Assembly: GCA_963825055.1 (NCBI GenBank)
Contig: CAWGSK010000009.1
Coordinates: forward strand, 96,001-160,000
Direction: 5' to 3'
DNA length: 64,000 bases
Origin: an uncultured Gemmatimonadales bacterium
GTDB taxonomy: Bacteria; Gemmatimonadota; Gemmatimonadetes; Gemmatimonadales; GWC2-71-9
Below the pieces are notes generated by a model, which did no database searches, was not told the DNA's origin, and saw only the letters and a program-made list of their open reading frames with translations. Shown here piece by piece: positions 39,476 to 49,246 of this stretch (the stretch's first letter is position 1; every line of letters starts with the position of its first letter). The translations under genes were made by a program, and so were the position numbers.

Positions 39476-40891
39476 TCAGGGAAAGATGCCGAGTTCCTCG
39501 TAAGAGGCCGCGACCTTGTCGATCGCGTGAATGAACGCCGCCGTCCGGAGGTCGATCCGGTCGGCATGGCGGGCACGCACGCCCCTCACGCTCCGGTAGG
39601 ACTGGACCATCGTCTCCTCCAGCCCGGAATTGACCAGGTCTTCTTCATCCGCCCCCCGGATGATGGCGCGCGTCTCCTCTTCCGTAAACGGCGTTGCCGT
39701 GCGCCGCTCGATCGCCTCCACCAGGCGGCGATAGGCGCCCTCCTCGAAGCGCTTCTGCAGGCGGCCGAACCGGACGTGCGAGAGGTTCTTCAACCATTCA
39801 AAGTACGAGACCGTGACGCCGCCGGCGTTGAGGTACAGGTCCGGCAGCACCAGGATACCGCGTTCCCGCAGGATCGCGTCGGCCTCGGTGGTGGTCGGCC
39901 CGTTCGCGGCCTCCGCAACGATGCGCGCCTGGATCCGCGGGGCGTTCTCCCCGGTGATCTGGCCCTCCAGGGCGGCCGGCACTACGATATCGCAGGGAAG
40001 TTCCAGCGCCTCGATCGAGTTCGGGATGTCCGTGGCCCCGGGGAAGCCGAGGATCGAGCCGGTCTCCTTCCGGTGCGCCATCACGGCGGCGAGGTCGAGG
40101 CCCCCCGGCGCCTGGATGGCACCTTCGTACTCGGCCAGCCCTACCAGGACCGCTCCACCTTCCTGAAGGTAGAGCGCTGCGTGGTATCCGACGTTGCCCA
40201 GACCCTGCACCACCACGCGCTTGCCGGCGAGTCCGGTCGCCAGGCCCAGCGCCTTCATGTCCTCGGCTACGTCGCACGCCTCGCGCACCCCGAAGTAGAC
40301 CCCACGCCCCGTCGCCTCGGTCCGTCCGCGAATCCCGCCCTGACTCACGGGCTTGGCGGTCACGCACGCCAGGGCATCGATTTCCCCCTGGGAAAGTGAC
40401 GTGTACGTATCGGCAATCCAGGCCATCTCGCGGGGGCCGGTCCCGAAGTCGGGCGCCGGCACGTCGAGCCCCGGGCCGATGAAGTTCTTGCGGACGAGCT
40501 CGAACGTGTAGCGGCGCGTGACCCGCTCGAGCTCACTCTCGGAGTACTGGCGCCGGTCGATCCGCACGCCACCTTTCGCACCGCCGAACGGCACGTCCAC
40601 GACGGCGCACTTGTAGGTCATGAGGGCTGCGAGGGCCATGACCTCGTCCTCCCCCACGTTGGGGCTGTAGCGGATGCCGCCCTTCGTGGGGAGCTTGTGC
40701 TGGCTGTGCTCCGCGCGCCAGGCATGCATCGTCTCGATCGCGCCGTCGTCGCGCCGGAGCGGGAACGTCGTGTAGTAGACGCTGTTGCATTCACGGATGA
40801 GGCTCAGCAGGGTCGGGTCGTACGGGGTGTAGGCCGCGGCGTTGTTGAAGCTGCGGTTCACCTGCTCCAGGAAGCTTTCGTGCGGAGTCAT
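39476..40891 (-). CDS. Glutamate dehydrogenase (Glu/Leu/Phe/Val family)
   Basis: [47 protein letters not shown]. Confidence 0.93.
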   Translation of the reverse strand: MTPHESFLEQVNRSFNNAAAYTPYDPTLLSLIRECNSVYYTTFPLRRDDGAIETMHAWRAEHSQHKLPTKGGIRYSPNVGEDEVMALAALMTYKCAVVDVPFGGAKGGVRIDRRQYSESELERVTRRYTFELVRKNFIGPGLDVPAPDFGTGPREMAWIADTYTSLSQGEIDALACVTAKPVSQGGIRGRTEATGRGVYFGVREACDVAEDMKALGLATGLAGKRVVVQGLGNVGYHAALYLQEGGAVLVGLAEYEGAIQAPGGLDLAAVMAHRKETGSILGFPGATDIPNSIEALELPCDIVVPAALEGQITGENAPRIQARIVAEAANGPTTTEADAILRERGILVLPDLYLNAGGVTVSYFEWLKNLSHVRFGRLQKRFEEGAYRRLVEAIERRTATPFTEEETRAIIRGADEEDLVNSGLEETMVQSYRSVRGVRARHADRIDLRTAAFIHAIDKVAASYEELGIFP

Positions 40892-41946
40892 CCGGGCCTC
40901 GGGACAGCGGCAGGTACGGGAGTGGTGGCGGGAAGCGGATCGGGCAGCCGCCCCGCGAGGAGGTCGGCCACGGGACGCGTGGTCTCGAACTGGGACAGCA
41001 CGATCCGCAGCACGGCGGTCATCGGGGCCGCGAGCAGCATGCCGACCACGCCCCAGATCAGGCCCCAGAACAGCAGGGCCAGCAGGATCGTGACCGGGTG
41101 CAGGTCGAGCCGGCGTCCCATGAGGATCGGCTCCAGGCCATTCCCGACCGTGACCTGCACCAGCGCCGGGAGGAGCACCACGCCGACCAGCGGCCACGCC
41201 GTCTCGTACTGGATGATGGCCACGGGAATCGGAAGCAGTGTTGCCACGATAGAGCCGAGGGACGGGATGAAATTGAGGAAGAAGGCGAGAATCCCGAATA
41301 CCAGCGCCAGGTCAAGCCCGAAGAGACTCAGGATCAGGCCCACCAGGACGCCGGTGAGCGCCGACGTTGAGACTTTCGTCACCAGGTACCGCTGGATGGC
41401 GCGGTCCATGTCACGGTAGATCCCCTGCCGCAGGGCCGGCGGCCGCCGGGTGCCGAGCAGGTAGGCCAGGAAAATCAGGACCAGGACGCCGTTGGTGACC
41501 AGGCCCAGGACCGTGCCCGCCGCCTGCTGCACCAGCCGCCCGATCGGAAGCCGGCGCAGCGTGTCGAACAGCGGCTGCTGGTCAAGCGGTATCCCCCACC
41601 CCGCCACCGCCACCTGCACCCGCTCGGTGAGGATCGCCAGCCGTTCGCGGTAGATATCGGCCGACTGCAGCAGGCCGGACGTCGACACGGTGATGAGCAG
41701 GCCGAGCAGGGTCAGCAGGCCGACACCGATCACGATCGCCAGTGCGACGGCAACGGCACGCGGGAAGCGGAGCCGGTCCTGCAGCGCATCCACGAGGGGC
41801 GCGAGCAGGTAGGTGAACATGATGGCGAGGACGAACGGCACCATGACGACCCGGGTGAAGACCAGCGCCGTCGCGATCGCAGTCGCCGCGAGGATCACGA
41901 GCGAACCGGTAACGAGACGGGACTGTTCGGCCGAAAGGCGTTGCAT
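40888..41946 (-). CDS. AI-2E family transporter
   Basis: [35 protein letters not shown]. Confidence 0.9.
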   Translation of the reverse strand: MQRLSAEQSRLVTGSLVILAATAIATALVFTRVVMVPFVLAIMFTYLLAPLVDALQDRLRFPRAVAVALAIVIGVGLLTLLGLLITVSTSGLLQSADIYRERLAILTERVQVAVAGWGIPLDQQPLFDTLRRLPIGRLVQQAAGTVLGLVTNGVLVLIFLAYLLGTRRPPALRQGIYRDMDRAIQRYLVTKVSTSALTGVLVGLILSLFGLDLALVFGILAFFLNFIPSLGSIVATLLPIPVAIIQYETAWPLVGVVLLPALVQVTVGNGLEPILMGRRLDLHPVTILLALLFWGLIWGVVGMLLAAPMTAVLRIVLSQFETTRPVADLLAGRLPDPLPATTPVPAAVPRPG

Positions 41947-42293
41947 GCGAAGACCGGGTGTCGGGAGGCGAGGGACCGCCGTCGAGATTGGCGAGGGCGG
42001 GAGGGAAAGTCAAATCACGGGTGCGCAAGCCACATAACGGCGCCGGCAGCCCGCGCATGCCACCATGAGGGGGGCCGGCCCGTGCCGGACCCTGGCACGG
42101 AACGGACCATCAATGAGCGATACGAAGCGCACGCCGGAGAATCACGCCCGGCAGTCCGCCCGCATGCAGCAGGACGAGATCGGGAACGGGAGGGGATTCC
42201 GGAGCACGAGGTCACCGTGGATTCATTCGGCGAGCTCGCGGGAAACCCGCGCAAGGCCAGCCGGATGGGCGGCAACCGGGGAGATCGGATTGA

Positions 42294-42608
42294 TCAGCCG
42301 GCGGCCGTGCCGGGGTCGGGCTCGTAGTACGGGTTAGTCCCGGAGGCATGGTCAGTGATGTCACGAATGCCCCGCAGCTGCGGAATACGGCGGCGGAGTG
42401 AAGCCTCGATCCCCTGACGCAAAGTGACGCTGGCCATGCCACACCCCTGGCAGCCGCCCATCATCCGCAGGTAGACCGTCCCATCCTGGACATCGATGAG
42501 CTCGACCTTGCCACCGTGCGATGCGACGCCCGGGTTGATCTGGTGCTCGAAAATGTCCGAGACCATGTCAAAGATGGCGTCGTCGGACAAGGTGGTTTCC
42601 GTAGTCAT
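42294..42608 (-). CDS. NifU/Nfu family Fe-S carrier
   Basis: INPGVASHGG, GGCQGC, DITDHASGTNPYY. Confidence 0.9.
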   Translation of the reverse strand: MTTETTLSDDAIFDMVSDIFEHQINPGVASHGGKVELIDVQDGTVYLRMMGGCQGCGMASVTLRQGIEASLRRRIPQLRGIRDITDHASGTNPYYEPDPGTAAG

Positions 42609-42659
42609 GGGGGTAAGGTGGAGGGGGGACGGGGCGGGGGCAACCTCGTGATGGGTAAC

Positions 42660-42790
42660 GGGTATCAGGAGTCGTTGAGTGGTTGAGTCCCTGACTTCTG
42701 TCTACCTGTCATCCCGACCGCCCTGACCACCTGACCGCCCTTGTCCGTCCAGCCGCCCGGTCTCCCGTCCGCCCGACTCACAACCGACCT
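42660..42790. repeat. Degenerate mosaic of the intergenic short-repeat families
   Basis: GTTGAGTGGTTGAGT (reverse complement of the ACTCAACC array), CTGACCGCC units, GGGTATC. Confidence 0.55.
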
Positions 42791-42819
42791 GACTGCAATT
42801 TATTGCACTTCGCCGTGTA

Positions 42820-42836
42820 CAGGCATATTTGTTGCC
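42820..42836 (+). promoter_or_regulatory. Candidate sigma-54 (-24/-12) promoter
   Basis: CAGGCATATTTGTTGCC has GG-N10-GC spacing with TTGC. Palindrome TGCAAT-TT-ATTGCA upstream at 42794-42807. Confidence 0.45.
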
Positions 42837-42887
42837 TGATTCATAATGGAAGTGACGATATGTCATTATTTTAGACGGAGCAACAAC

Positions 42888-44954
42888 TTGTCTCAGCCGG
42901 TTGCAAGCCAGAGGGCCCTGCTCTCCCGTGAGGCTGCGGATTTCCTCCTCGCGCTGGGCGGGACGCTCCATCGATGGACCATGTATCCCGATGGCCACCC
43001 GGCGCGCATCAGCGCTGTCGACGATCTCCACGAGCGGGTGACTCTCCTCCTCCTCGAGCAGCCCGCGATTACCCTCGGTGTCACGCCCACCCAGCTCCTG
43101 GTGGACGGTCAGCCCACGGACGTGGGCAACAGCTTCCTCCGCGACTTCGCGGCACGACTCCATCGCCGCGAGATCGCCGGACTCCGGCTCGACCGCGGTA
43201 TCACTCCCGAAGAACTGAACACGGTCCTGACCCGGCTGTCGGAGGGCGAGCGGGCGGAGGGCGAATGGGCCCATGCCGCGATACATGGGATCCACTACGA
43301 GCACCTCCGCCTCATGGATGACGCCGACACCGGCGGGGCGCTACCGGGCTGGGACGCGCAGGTCTGGCAGGGGCTGGCACGGGCCGCCACCGGCGACGTC
43401 CCGGGCAGGGAGGCCCCCCCCGAGCCGGAAGAGCTGGCCCGGGCCTTCAACGACGGCGACGCCGACCCTGACCGGGACCGCGCGCTCATGAGCAGCGTCG
43501 AGGCGGCGATCGACACCTGCACCCGGACCGGTGACAGCGAAACCCTCGCGCTCCAGCGCCGGGTATCCCGCATGATCCTGGCCCTCGCGCCCGAAACGCT
43601 CGACCGGCTGCTCTCCATGGACAAGCCGGACGGGAGCCGGCACCGGCGGATCCTGCTCAAGGCCTCCCAGGTCATGGCACTGGAGAGTGTGGTGGATCTG
43701 GCCCAGGCGGCGGCACGGGCGCGCGGCCGGAGCATGTCACCCGCCCTGCTTCAGCTCCTGCACAAGATGGCCGTCCACGGTGACAGCGGCAGCGGGGAGT
43801 GTCACGCCATCGCCAGGTCAGCCCTGCGCGACCAGCTCCGGGAACTGCTGGATGAATGGGACGCCGGCGATGGGTCGGCGCTGCCGGAACTCTACCAGGA
43901 GACGCTCGGGAAGATCGAGACGGGAGATGACCGCGAGCCGGACAGCGCGTACGCATGTGAGCCGCTCCGCATCCTCCGCCTCAGTCTCGCCATGGACTGC
44001 GTCGAGCCTGCCACCGTCCGCGCCATCGCCGGGACGATCCGCCAGGGACAGGCCGGCGACCTCCTGGACCTCCTTGACGCATCGCCGGAAATCGGGGAGG
44101 CGTCACTGGAGATCGAACGGCAGGTCATGAGCATGGAGACCCTCGGCATACTGCTGAGACACGATCCCCCCGACTGGGAAACCATTACCCGGCTGGTCCC
44201 CCGGATAGGCGCGCGCGCCATCGAGCCCCTGCTGGACGGGCTTGCGGTCGCCAGCGAGCGCGCCGACCGCCGCCGCCTGCTCGACCTGCTCGCCGGGTTC
44301 GGTGACGAGGTGGGGCCTTTCATCGCTCCCCGGTTTGCCGGCGCCGAGTGGTACGTGCAGCGGAACCTGCTCACGTTGCTCAACATGCTTCCAGACATTC
44401 CCGAGACGGTGCGCCTCCGGATCCAGCTTCCTGAGGTGCACCCCCGTGTACGCCAGGAGGCGTTCAAGCTGCTCCTGCGAAACCCCGGCCACCGGGACCG
44501 CGCCATCGCGGGCGCCATCGTTTCCGACGACGTGCAGACATGCCACCTCGGCCTGCTTGCGGCCGCGGAGGGATGTTCCCCTGCCGTCCTGCACCTCATC
44601 CTCGGCCGCCTCCGTTCCGGCGCCTTCGACCCCGATCTCCGGGTGGTCGCCATCCGGGCCGTGAGTGCACGGCCCGAACCGGCGGTCTGCGATTGCCTCC
44701 TCGACCTTGCCACCTCGCGGACCCGGATCCTTCGGCGACTCCGGCTGCGGTCCCGCACGCCCGAATGCGTCGCCGCCCTGTCAGCGCTCGCTGAACACTG
44801 GTACTGGCATCCAGCCGCCTCACCCGCCCTCGCGCTCGCCGGGAAGACCCGTGATCCGTCCGTCCGCCAGGCGATCGAGCGACCGAGCATCGAGACGCAG
44901 CTCGGCATCAATCCCGCGGACCGCGTCCTGTTGCCCGGCATGGAGGGACCATGA
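42888..44954 (+). CDS. Helical (HEAT-repeat-like) protein with N-terminal YPxGHP domain
   Basis: Leu/Ala/Arg-rich helical repeats (WYVQRNLLTLL, HPRVRQEA). TTG start with GGAG RBS; alternative ATG 42846. Confidence 0.7.
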   Translation: MSQPVASQRALLSREAADFLLALGGTLHRWTMYPDGHPARISAVDDLHERVTLLLLEQPAITLGVTPTQLLVDGQPTDVGNSFLRDFAARLHRREIAGLRLDRGITPEELNTVLTRLSEGERAEGEWAHAAIHGIHYEHLRLMDDADTGGALPGWDAQVWQGLARAATGDVPGREAPPEPEELARAFNDGDADPDRDRALMSSVEAAIDTCTRTGDSETLALQRRVSRMILALAPETLDRLLSMDKPDGSRHRRILLKASQVMALESVVDLAQAAARARGRSMSPALLQLLHKMAVHGDSGSGECHAIARSALRDQLRELLDEWDAGDGSALPELYQETLGKIETGDDREPDSAYACEPLRILRLSLAMDCVEPATVRAIAGTIRQGQAGDLLDLLDASPEIGEASLEIERQVMSMETLGILLRHDPPDWETITRLVPRIGARAIEPLLDGLAVASERADRRRLLDLLAGFGDEVGPFIAPRFAGAEWYVQRNLLTLLNMLPDIPETVRLRIQLPEVHPRVRQEAFKLLLRNPGHRDRAIAGAIVSDDVQTCHLGLLAAAEGCSPAVLHLILGRLRSGAFDPDLRVVAIRAVSARPEPAVCDCLLDLATSRTRILRRLRLRSRTPECVAALSALAEHWYWHPAASPALALAGKTRDPSVRQAIERPSIETQLGINPADRVLLPGMEGP

Positions 44955-46168
44955 ACACGGCCCCGGTCGGCACCCCGGCCCGCTTCCTTCACTCGTTCGC
45001 CCAGGCGCTCTCCGCCATGCTCCTGTACACGCCGGGACATCCGGCACGGGAGCATGTGGTGGATGCCGCGTTCGAGTCTCTGGCGACGCTGCAGCGCAGC
45101 CTGCCCACCGTCCGGATCTCCTTCCTCGAAGGCGACGTCATCATGGACGAGGCCGTGCTCCACGGGTTCCACAACTGGATCTGGGGGCGTCGGCTCACCC
45201 GGATAGGGATCCAGCGGATCGAGCTCTCGGTTGCCGCTCAGCGCGAAGGCTTCGGCGCCTTCCTGGATACCCTGCTCGCACGCCTGACTGCCCACGAGCC
45301 GATCGAAGCCACCCTCTCCTGGCCAGGTATCGCCTGCGGGGCGGTTCGCCTGCGGAATGAAGACGTCACGGTGACCCGGCGCCAGTCAGGTACCGTCTCC
45401 CTGCCCTACCGCCTTGGCGACGAGGCGGAAACCGTCCAGTGGATCATTGCCGAGGCCGCCGCCGGACGGGCCCTCCCTCGGCCGGAGGTCGAGGGTGTGG
45501 TGCGGTCCCTGACCGTCGCCATGCACGCCGAGGGGCAGCTGATGGCACCGCTGCTCCAGTTGCAGCGGATGGACCAGTACGTCGTCATGCACGCGGTGAA
45601 TGTTTCCGTCCTCGCCATGACGCTGGCTGAAACCCTGGGCCTGAGTGGTGCGGATATCCGCGCCTTCGGGCGTGCAGGCCTCCTCCACGACATCGGCATG
45701 ACCCAGGTGCCGCCGGAGCTCCTCACGGCGGGGGCGCTGACCCGGGAGGAGCGGCAGCGGATCGAGCGCCATCCCGAAGATGGAGCCCGGATGCTGATGC
45801 GGGGCGGGGAAGACTTCGACCTCGTCGCGGCCGCCGCCTACGAGCACCATGTGCGGCCGGACGGCTCCGGCTACCCCGTGCTTCGGCCGGGCCATGAAGC
45901 ACACTACGTGAGCCGGGTCGTGGCCGTGTGCGACGCCTACGACGCGCTCCGCTCCCCGCGCAGCTATCGGCCGGCGTGGTCACCGGAACAGGCGGTGCAG
46001 CACATCGAGGATGGCGCCGGCGGGGTGTTCGATCGTGGTGTCGCGAAGAGCTTCTCGGCCATGATCCGGCGACTGGAGGACCGGATTGTCCTTGTCAGGC
46101 CGGATCCCGACCCGGGCGGGGAAGCGGTGGCCGACCCGGAATCGCACGCGGCGACCGGGACTGCCTGA
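44951..46168 (+). CDS. HD-GYP domain phosphodiesterase
   Basis: HAVNV, LLHDIG, HPEDGA, EHHVRPDGSGYP, CDAYDALRSPRSYR. ATGA overlap. Confidence 0.9.
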   Translation: MNTAPVGTPARFLHSFAQALSAMLLYTPGHPAREHVVDAAFESLATLQRSLPTVRISFLEGDVIMDEAVLHGFHNWIWGRRLTRIGIQRIELSVAAQREGFGAFLDTLLARLTAHEPIEATLSWPGIACGAVRLRNEDVTVTRRQSGTVSLPYRLGDEAETVQWIIAEAAAGRALPRPEVEGVVRSLTVAMHAEGQLMAPLLQLQRMDQYVVMHAVNVSVLAMTLAETLGLSGADIRAFGRAGLLHDIGMTQVPPELLTAGALTREERQRIERHPEDGARMLMRGGEDFDLVAAAAYEHHVRPDGSGYPVLRPGHEAHYVSRVVAVCDAYDALRSPRSYRPAWSPEQAVQHIEDGAGGVFDRGVAKSFSAMIRRLEDRIVLVRPDPDPGGEAVADPESHAATGTA

Positions 46169-46195
46169 GCGGGAATTTCCGGAGCGGGCCTGGTG

Positions 46196-46849
46196 TCAGG
46201 AACGCTGCTCGGCCGGGCGGCCGAGCAGGGGAACGGCTGGACGCTCCAGGAGTGGCAGCTCGCGTACCTGCGCCTCGAGGTGCTCATGCGCCAGCGCCGC
46301 CTGCGCCCGCTGCGAGACACCGGCCGCCGTCGCCATCGGAAGGGTGAACTCCCGTACATAGTGGTCGATGGCCTGCTCCACCGGCCAGCTCCCTCCCAGC
46401 AGCCGCGCAAAGTGGAGCGCGTTGTGGACGTGGGTGTCGGTGACCGCCTGCGACGCCCGCGCCCCGACGAGCCGGGCCAGTTGCATGGTGCGATCGTGAT
46501 AGTCCCGGCGGTACCGCGCCGTCCGGAGCACCAGGTCGAGCCGCAGCAGCTTCCACCCCGTCACCTCAGGCAGCGCTGTGGTCGGGGGAAGGCTGTCCAG
46601 GTCGAGATGAACCAGCGCTCGTGTCCGTATGGACTCGCGCATCGCCTCGGGAACGGCCACCGCCCGGAAGTAGAGATCCAGCGCGTCCAGTACCGGGACA
46701 CGTGCGGCGAATTCCTCCACGAAATCCACGAGCTGGAGGCTGTGCGTCTCCACCAGCGCCTCCCATGCGCCGGCATAGGCAACGCGAAGGCGCGGCTGCA
46801 GGGCGGGTGGAATCCGCCGCAGGGACATCTGGCTGGGTACGGGCATCAT
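46196..46849 (-). CDS. Hypothetical protein with twofold internal repeat
   Basis: Coding-like ORF with a duplicated TH...PV..A.D.Y.R....P.........RA pattern. Start uncertain. Confidence 0.7.
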   Translation of the reverse strand: MMPVPSQMSLRRIPPALQPRLRVAYAGAWEALVETHSLQLVDFVEEFAARVPVLDALDLYFRAVAVPEAMRESIRTRALVHLDLDSLPPTTALPEVTGWKLLRLDLVLRTARYRRDYHDRTMQLARLVGARASQAVTDTHVHNALHFARLLGGSWPVEQAIDHYVREFTLPMATAAGVSQRAQAALAHEHLEAQVRELPLLERPAVPLLGRPAEQRS

Positions 46850-47121
46850 GGGAAACACCGGGTATCATCCGGGCTGGGGGTGCCCGGCACACCAATATGC
46901 GGCCCCAACCGCCGCAAGGCTATTCACAAGTATTGAACACGTCCCCTCGGAGGTGGGAGATTCGCGGACAGGCGCTTTCATGCTATTCGACGGAAGTGGT
47001 TGCTGCATCAAATCTTGAATCCCGGCCTGCCGGCGTTCGACCTGCCGGGCGGCCGTACGGTTCTTCGACACCCCCTCCCCCTGTCCACCAGCTCCGTTCG
47101 CCCCCCATTATTCTCTTATCC

Positions 47122-48573
47122 ATGCAGGGTGAACCCGCGATACTCGTCCATCTGTCCGAGCTCTGGCCCTATATCGCGGGCACGCTCACCCTCCTGCTGT
47201 CCATCATCACCTCGAGTCATATCGTCCTGACGAAGAGTGACAGCCGCTCCGCGGTGGGCTGGGTCGGCCTGGTGTGGCTGGCGCCGGTCATTGGTGCAAT
47301 CCTCTACGTAATGTTCGGGATCAACCGGATCCGCCGCAGGGGCCACGAGCGTACGGCCCAGCGGCTGGTGGCACCCACCGCCATCACCCGCCCGCAGGAA
47401 TTCCGGCTCCCCGCCGAGCGCGCCCACCTCCTTCCCCTGACGCACCTCGTGGATCGCGTGTCGGGCCGCGCGCTCACCAGCGGCAATGCCATCCGGCCAC
47501 TGGAGGGCGGGGACATTGCCTATCCGGACATGGTCGCCGCCATTGACGAGGCCGAACACACCGTGGGGCTGGCGACCTACATCTTCGACAGCCGGACCGC
47601 CGGGACGATGTTCCTGGATGCCCTCGAGCGCGCGGTCGCCCGCGGGGTGGAGGTGCGCGTCCTGGTGGACGCGGTGGGGGCCCGCTACAGCTGGCCGCCA
47701 ATCATCCGCGCGTTGCGTCGCCGGAAGATCCCCGTGGCCCGATTCGAGCGCACGTTCCTCCCCTGGCGGATGCCATACATGAACCTCCGCAACCATCGCA
47801 AGATCCTGGTGGTGGACGGCCGGATCGGGTTTGCGGGCGGGATGAACATCCGCGAAGGGAGCCTCTTTTCGACGCACCCGCGCAAGCCAGTGCGCGACCT
47901 CCACTTCAGGGTCGAAGGGCCGGTAGTGGCGCAACTGGTCGCAACATTCCTCGACGACTGGGAGTTTACCACCCGCGAGACACTGGAGGGACCGGGGTGG
48001 TATCCGCGCCTGGAAAAAGTCGGCGAGGTGATCGCCCGCGGCATCTCCGATGGCCCGGATCTCAACTTCGACAAGGCGCGCTACTGCCTGCTCGGGGCGC
48101 TGGCTTGCGCCCAGTCGAGCGTCCGGATCGTCACACCGTACTTCGTGCCGGACGCCCGCCTGATCACGGCAATGAACGTGACCGCGATGCGCGGCGTCCA
48201 GGTCGAGATCATCCTGCCCGAAAAGAGCAACCTGGTGCTCGTCCAGTGGGCCAGCACCGCCCAGTTGTGGCAGCTGCTGCGGCGGGGCTGCCGGGTCCTC
48301 TATTCGCCAGCCCCGTTCGACCACACCAAGCTGATGCTCGTGGACGGAGCATGGGCGTTCATCGGCTCAACCAACTGGGACGCCAGGAGCCTCCGGCTGA
48401 ACTATGAGTTCGACATCGAGTGCTACGGCGAGGAGCTCCTGGCCGATCTCACCAGGCTGGTGGACGAGCGGCGCGACGCTGCCCGCGAAGTCACCCTCGC
48501 CGATGTCGACGGCCGGAGCCTGCCGGTCAAGCTGCGCGACGGAGTCGCGCGCCTCGCGGCCCCCTACCTCTGA
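47122..48573 (+). CDS. cls: Cardiolipin synthase (PLD family)
   Basis: Two HKD motifs (NHRKILVVDG, DHTKLMLVDG) and two N-terminal TM. Confidence 0.9.
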   Translation: MQGEPAILVHLSELWPYIAGTLTLLLSIITSSHIVLTKSDSRSAVGWVGLVWLAPVIGAILYVMFGINRIRRRGHERTAQRLVAPTAITRPQEFRLPAERAHLLPLTHLVDRVSGRALTSGNAIRPLEGGDIAYPDMVAAIDEAEHTVGLATYIFDSRTAGTMFLDALERAVARGVEVRVLVDAVGARYSWPPIIRALRRRKIPVARFERTFLPWRMPYMNLRNHRKILVVDGRIGFAGGMNIREGSLFSTHPRKPVRDLHFRVEGPVVAQLVATFLDDWEFTTRETLEGPGWYPRLEKVGEVIARGISDGPDLNFDKARYCLLGALACAQSSVRIVTPYFVPDARLITAMNVTAMRGVQVEIILPEKSNLVLVQWASTAQLWQLLRRGCRVLYSPAPFDHTKLMLVDGAWAFIGSTNWDARSLRLNYEFDIECYGEELLADLTRLVDERRDAAREVTLADVDGRSLPVKLRDGVARLAAPYL

Positions 48574-48579
48574 CGCCCT

Positions 48580-48969
48580 TCAGTCCCCGACGATTTCCGC
48601 AAGGATCTTCTGGGCGAAGTCCTTGTCCCACTCGGCGGCGTTCTTCCGGGCGGTCACTTCGACCTTGGTGGTGGAGGGGCTTTTCCGCTCGAGCTTGACC
48701 GCCACGTCCAGGTCACCCGTCTTCCCGTCGAATTGCCGTATGTCCCCGCCCCGCTCCTCGGTCGTCTTTGTCGTCGTGATGTCGAAATGGTCGAACGCGT
48801 CCCGCGTACGGCCCGCCGCGTCCTCCACACTGGCATTGACGAGGGACTCCGCGCCGCGGGTAGTCAGGTAGACCCCCGTCGCCGCCCCGGCGCCGGCGGC
48901 CGCGGCCACACAACCGCCGGACACCAGTGCTGCGGCGAGGAGCAGGAGCCTCGACGTCAGGCGCTTCAT
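48580..48969 (-). CDS. DUF3568-like lipoprotein
   Basis: GGAGG RBS, lipobox SGGC followed by VAAAAGAGAATG. Confidence 0.7.
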   Translation of the reverse strand: MKRLTSRLLLLAAALVSGGCVAAAAGAGAATGVYLTTRGAESLVNASVEDAAGRTRDAFDHFDITTTKTTEERGGDIRQFDGKTGDLDVAVKLERKSPSTTKVEVTARKNAAEWDKDFAQKILAEIVGD

Positions 48970-49180
48970 CGTTACACCTCCCTCAACAAGTGAATTCCCA
49001 AGCTCCCCGGGATGCGCCCGGAGCGCCGTAGGCCAGGTCACGGCGGGACGTACAAGGACAGTCCGGGCGGCCGGCCGTCTTGTCCCCCCTGAACGCCCCC
49101 CGACCGCCCTGCCATGGCACTTTGCAAGGCACCATCCTGCACCCCATTACCCAAGTGGCTGTGTGACAACAACTTATGAA

Positions 49181-49196
49181 TGGCCCGCCTGTTGCT
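49181..49196 (+). promoter_or_regulatory. Candidate sigma-54 promoter
   Basis: TGGCCCGCCTGTTGCT closely fits TGGCAC-N5-TTGCW, about 50 nt upstream of ATG 49247. Confidence 0.55.
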
Positions 49197-49246
49197 ATGC
49201 AATAGGGGGAATCCACCTGTACCTCCTGAAAGAGCCGGGGCCGTTC

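Noticed and set aside
42113..42337. Small plus-strand gene MSDTKRTPENH...
   Set aside because: No recognisable family, it overlaps the nfu 3' end, and the frame is ambiguous. It could be real but I cannot support it.
46860..47120. Structured ncRNA in the lower-GC intergenic region
   Set aside because: No recognisable RNA family pattern. It is adequately explained as a divergent promoter region; an Rfam scan would settle it.
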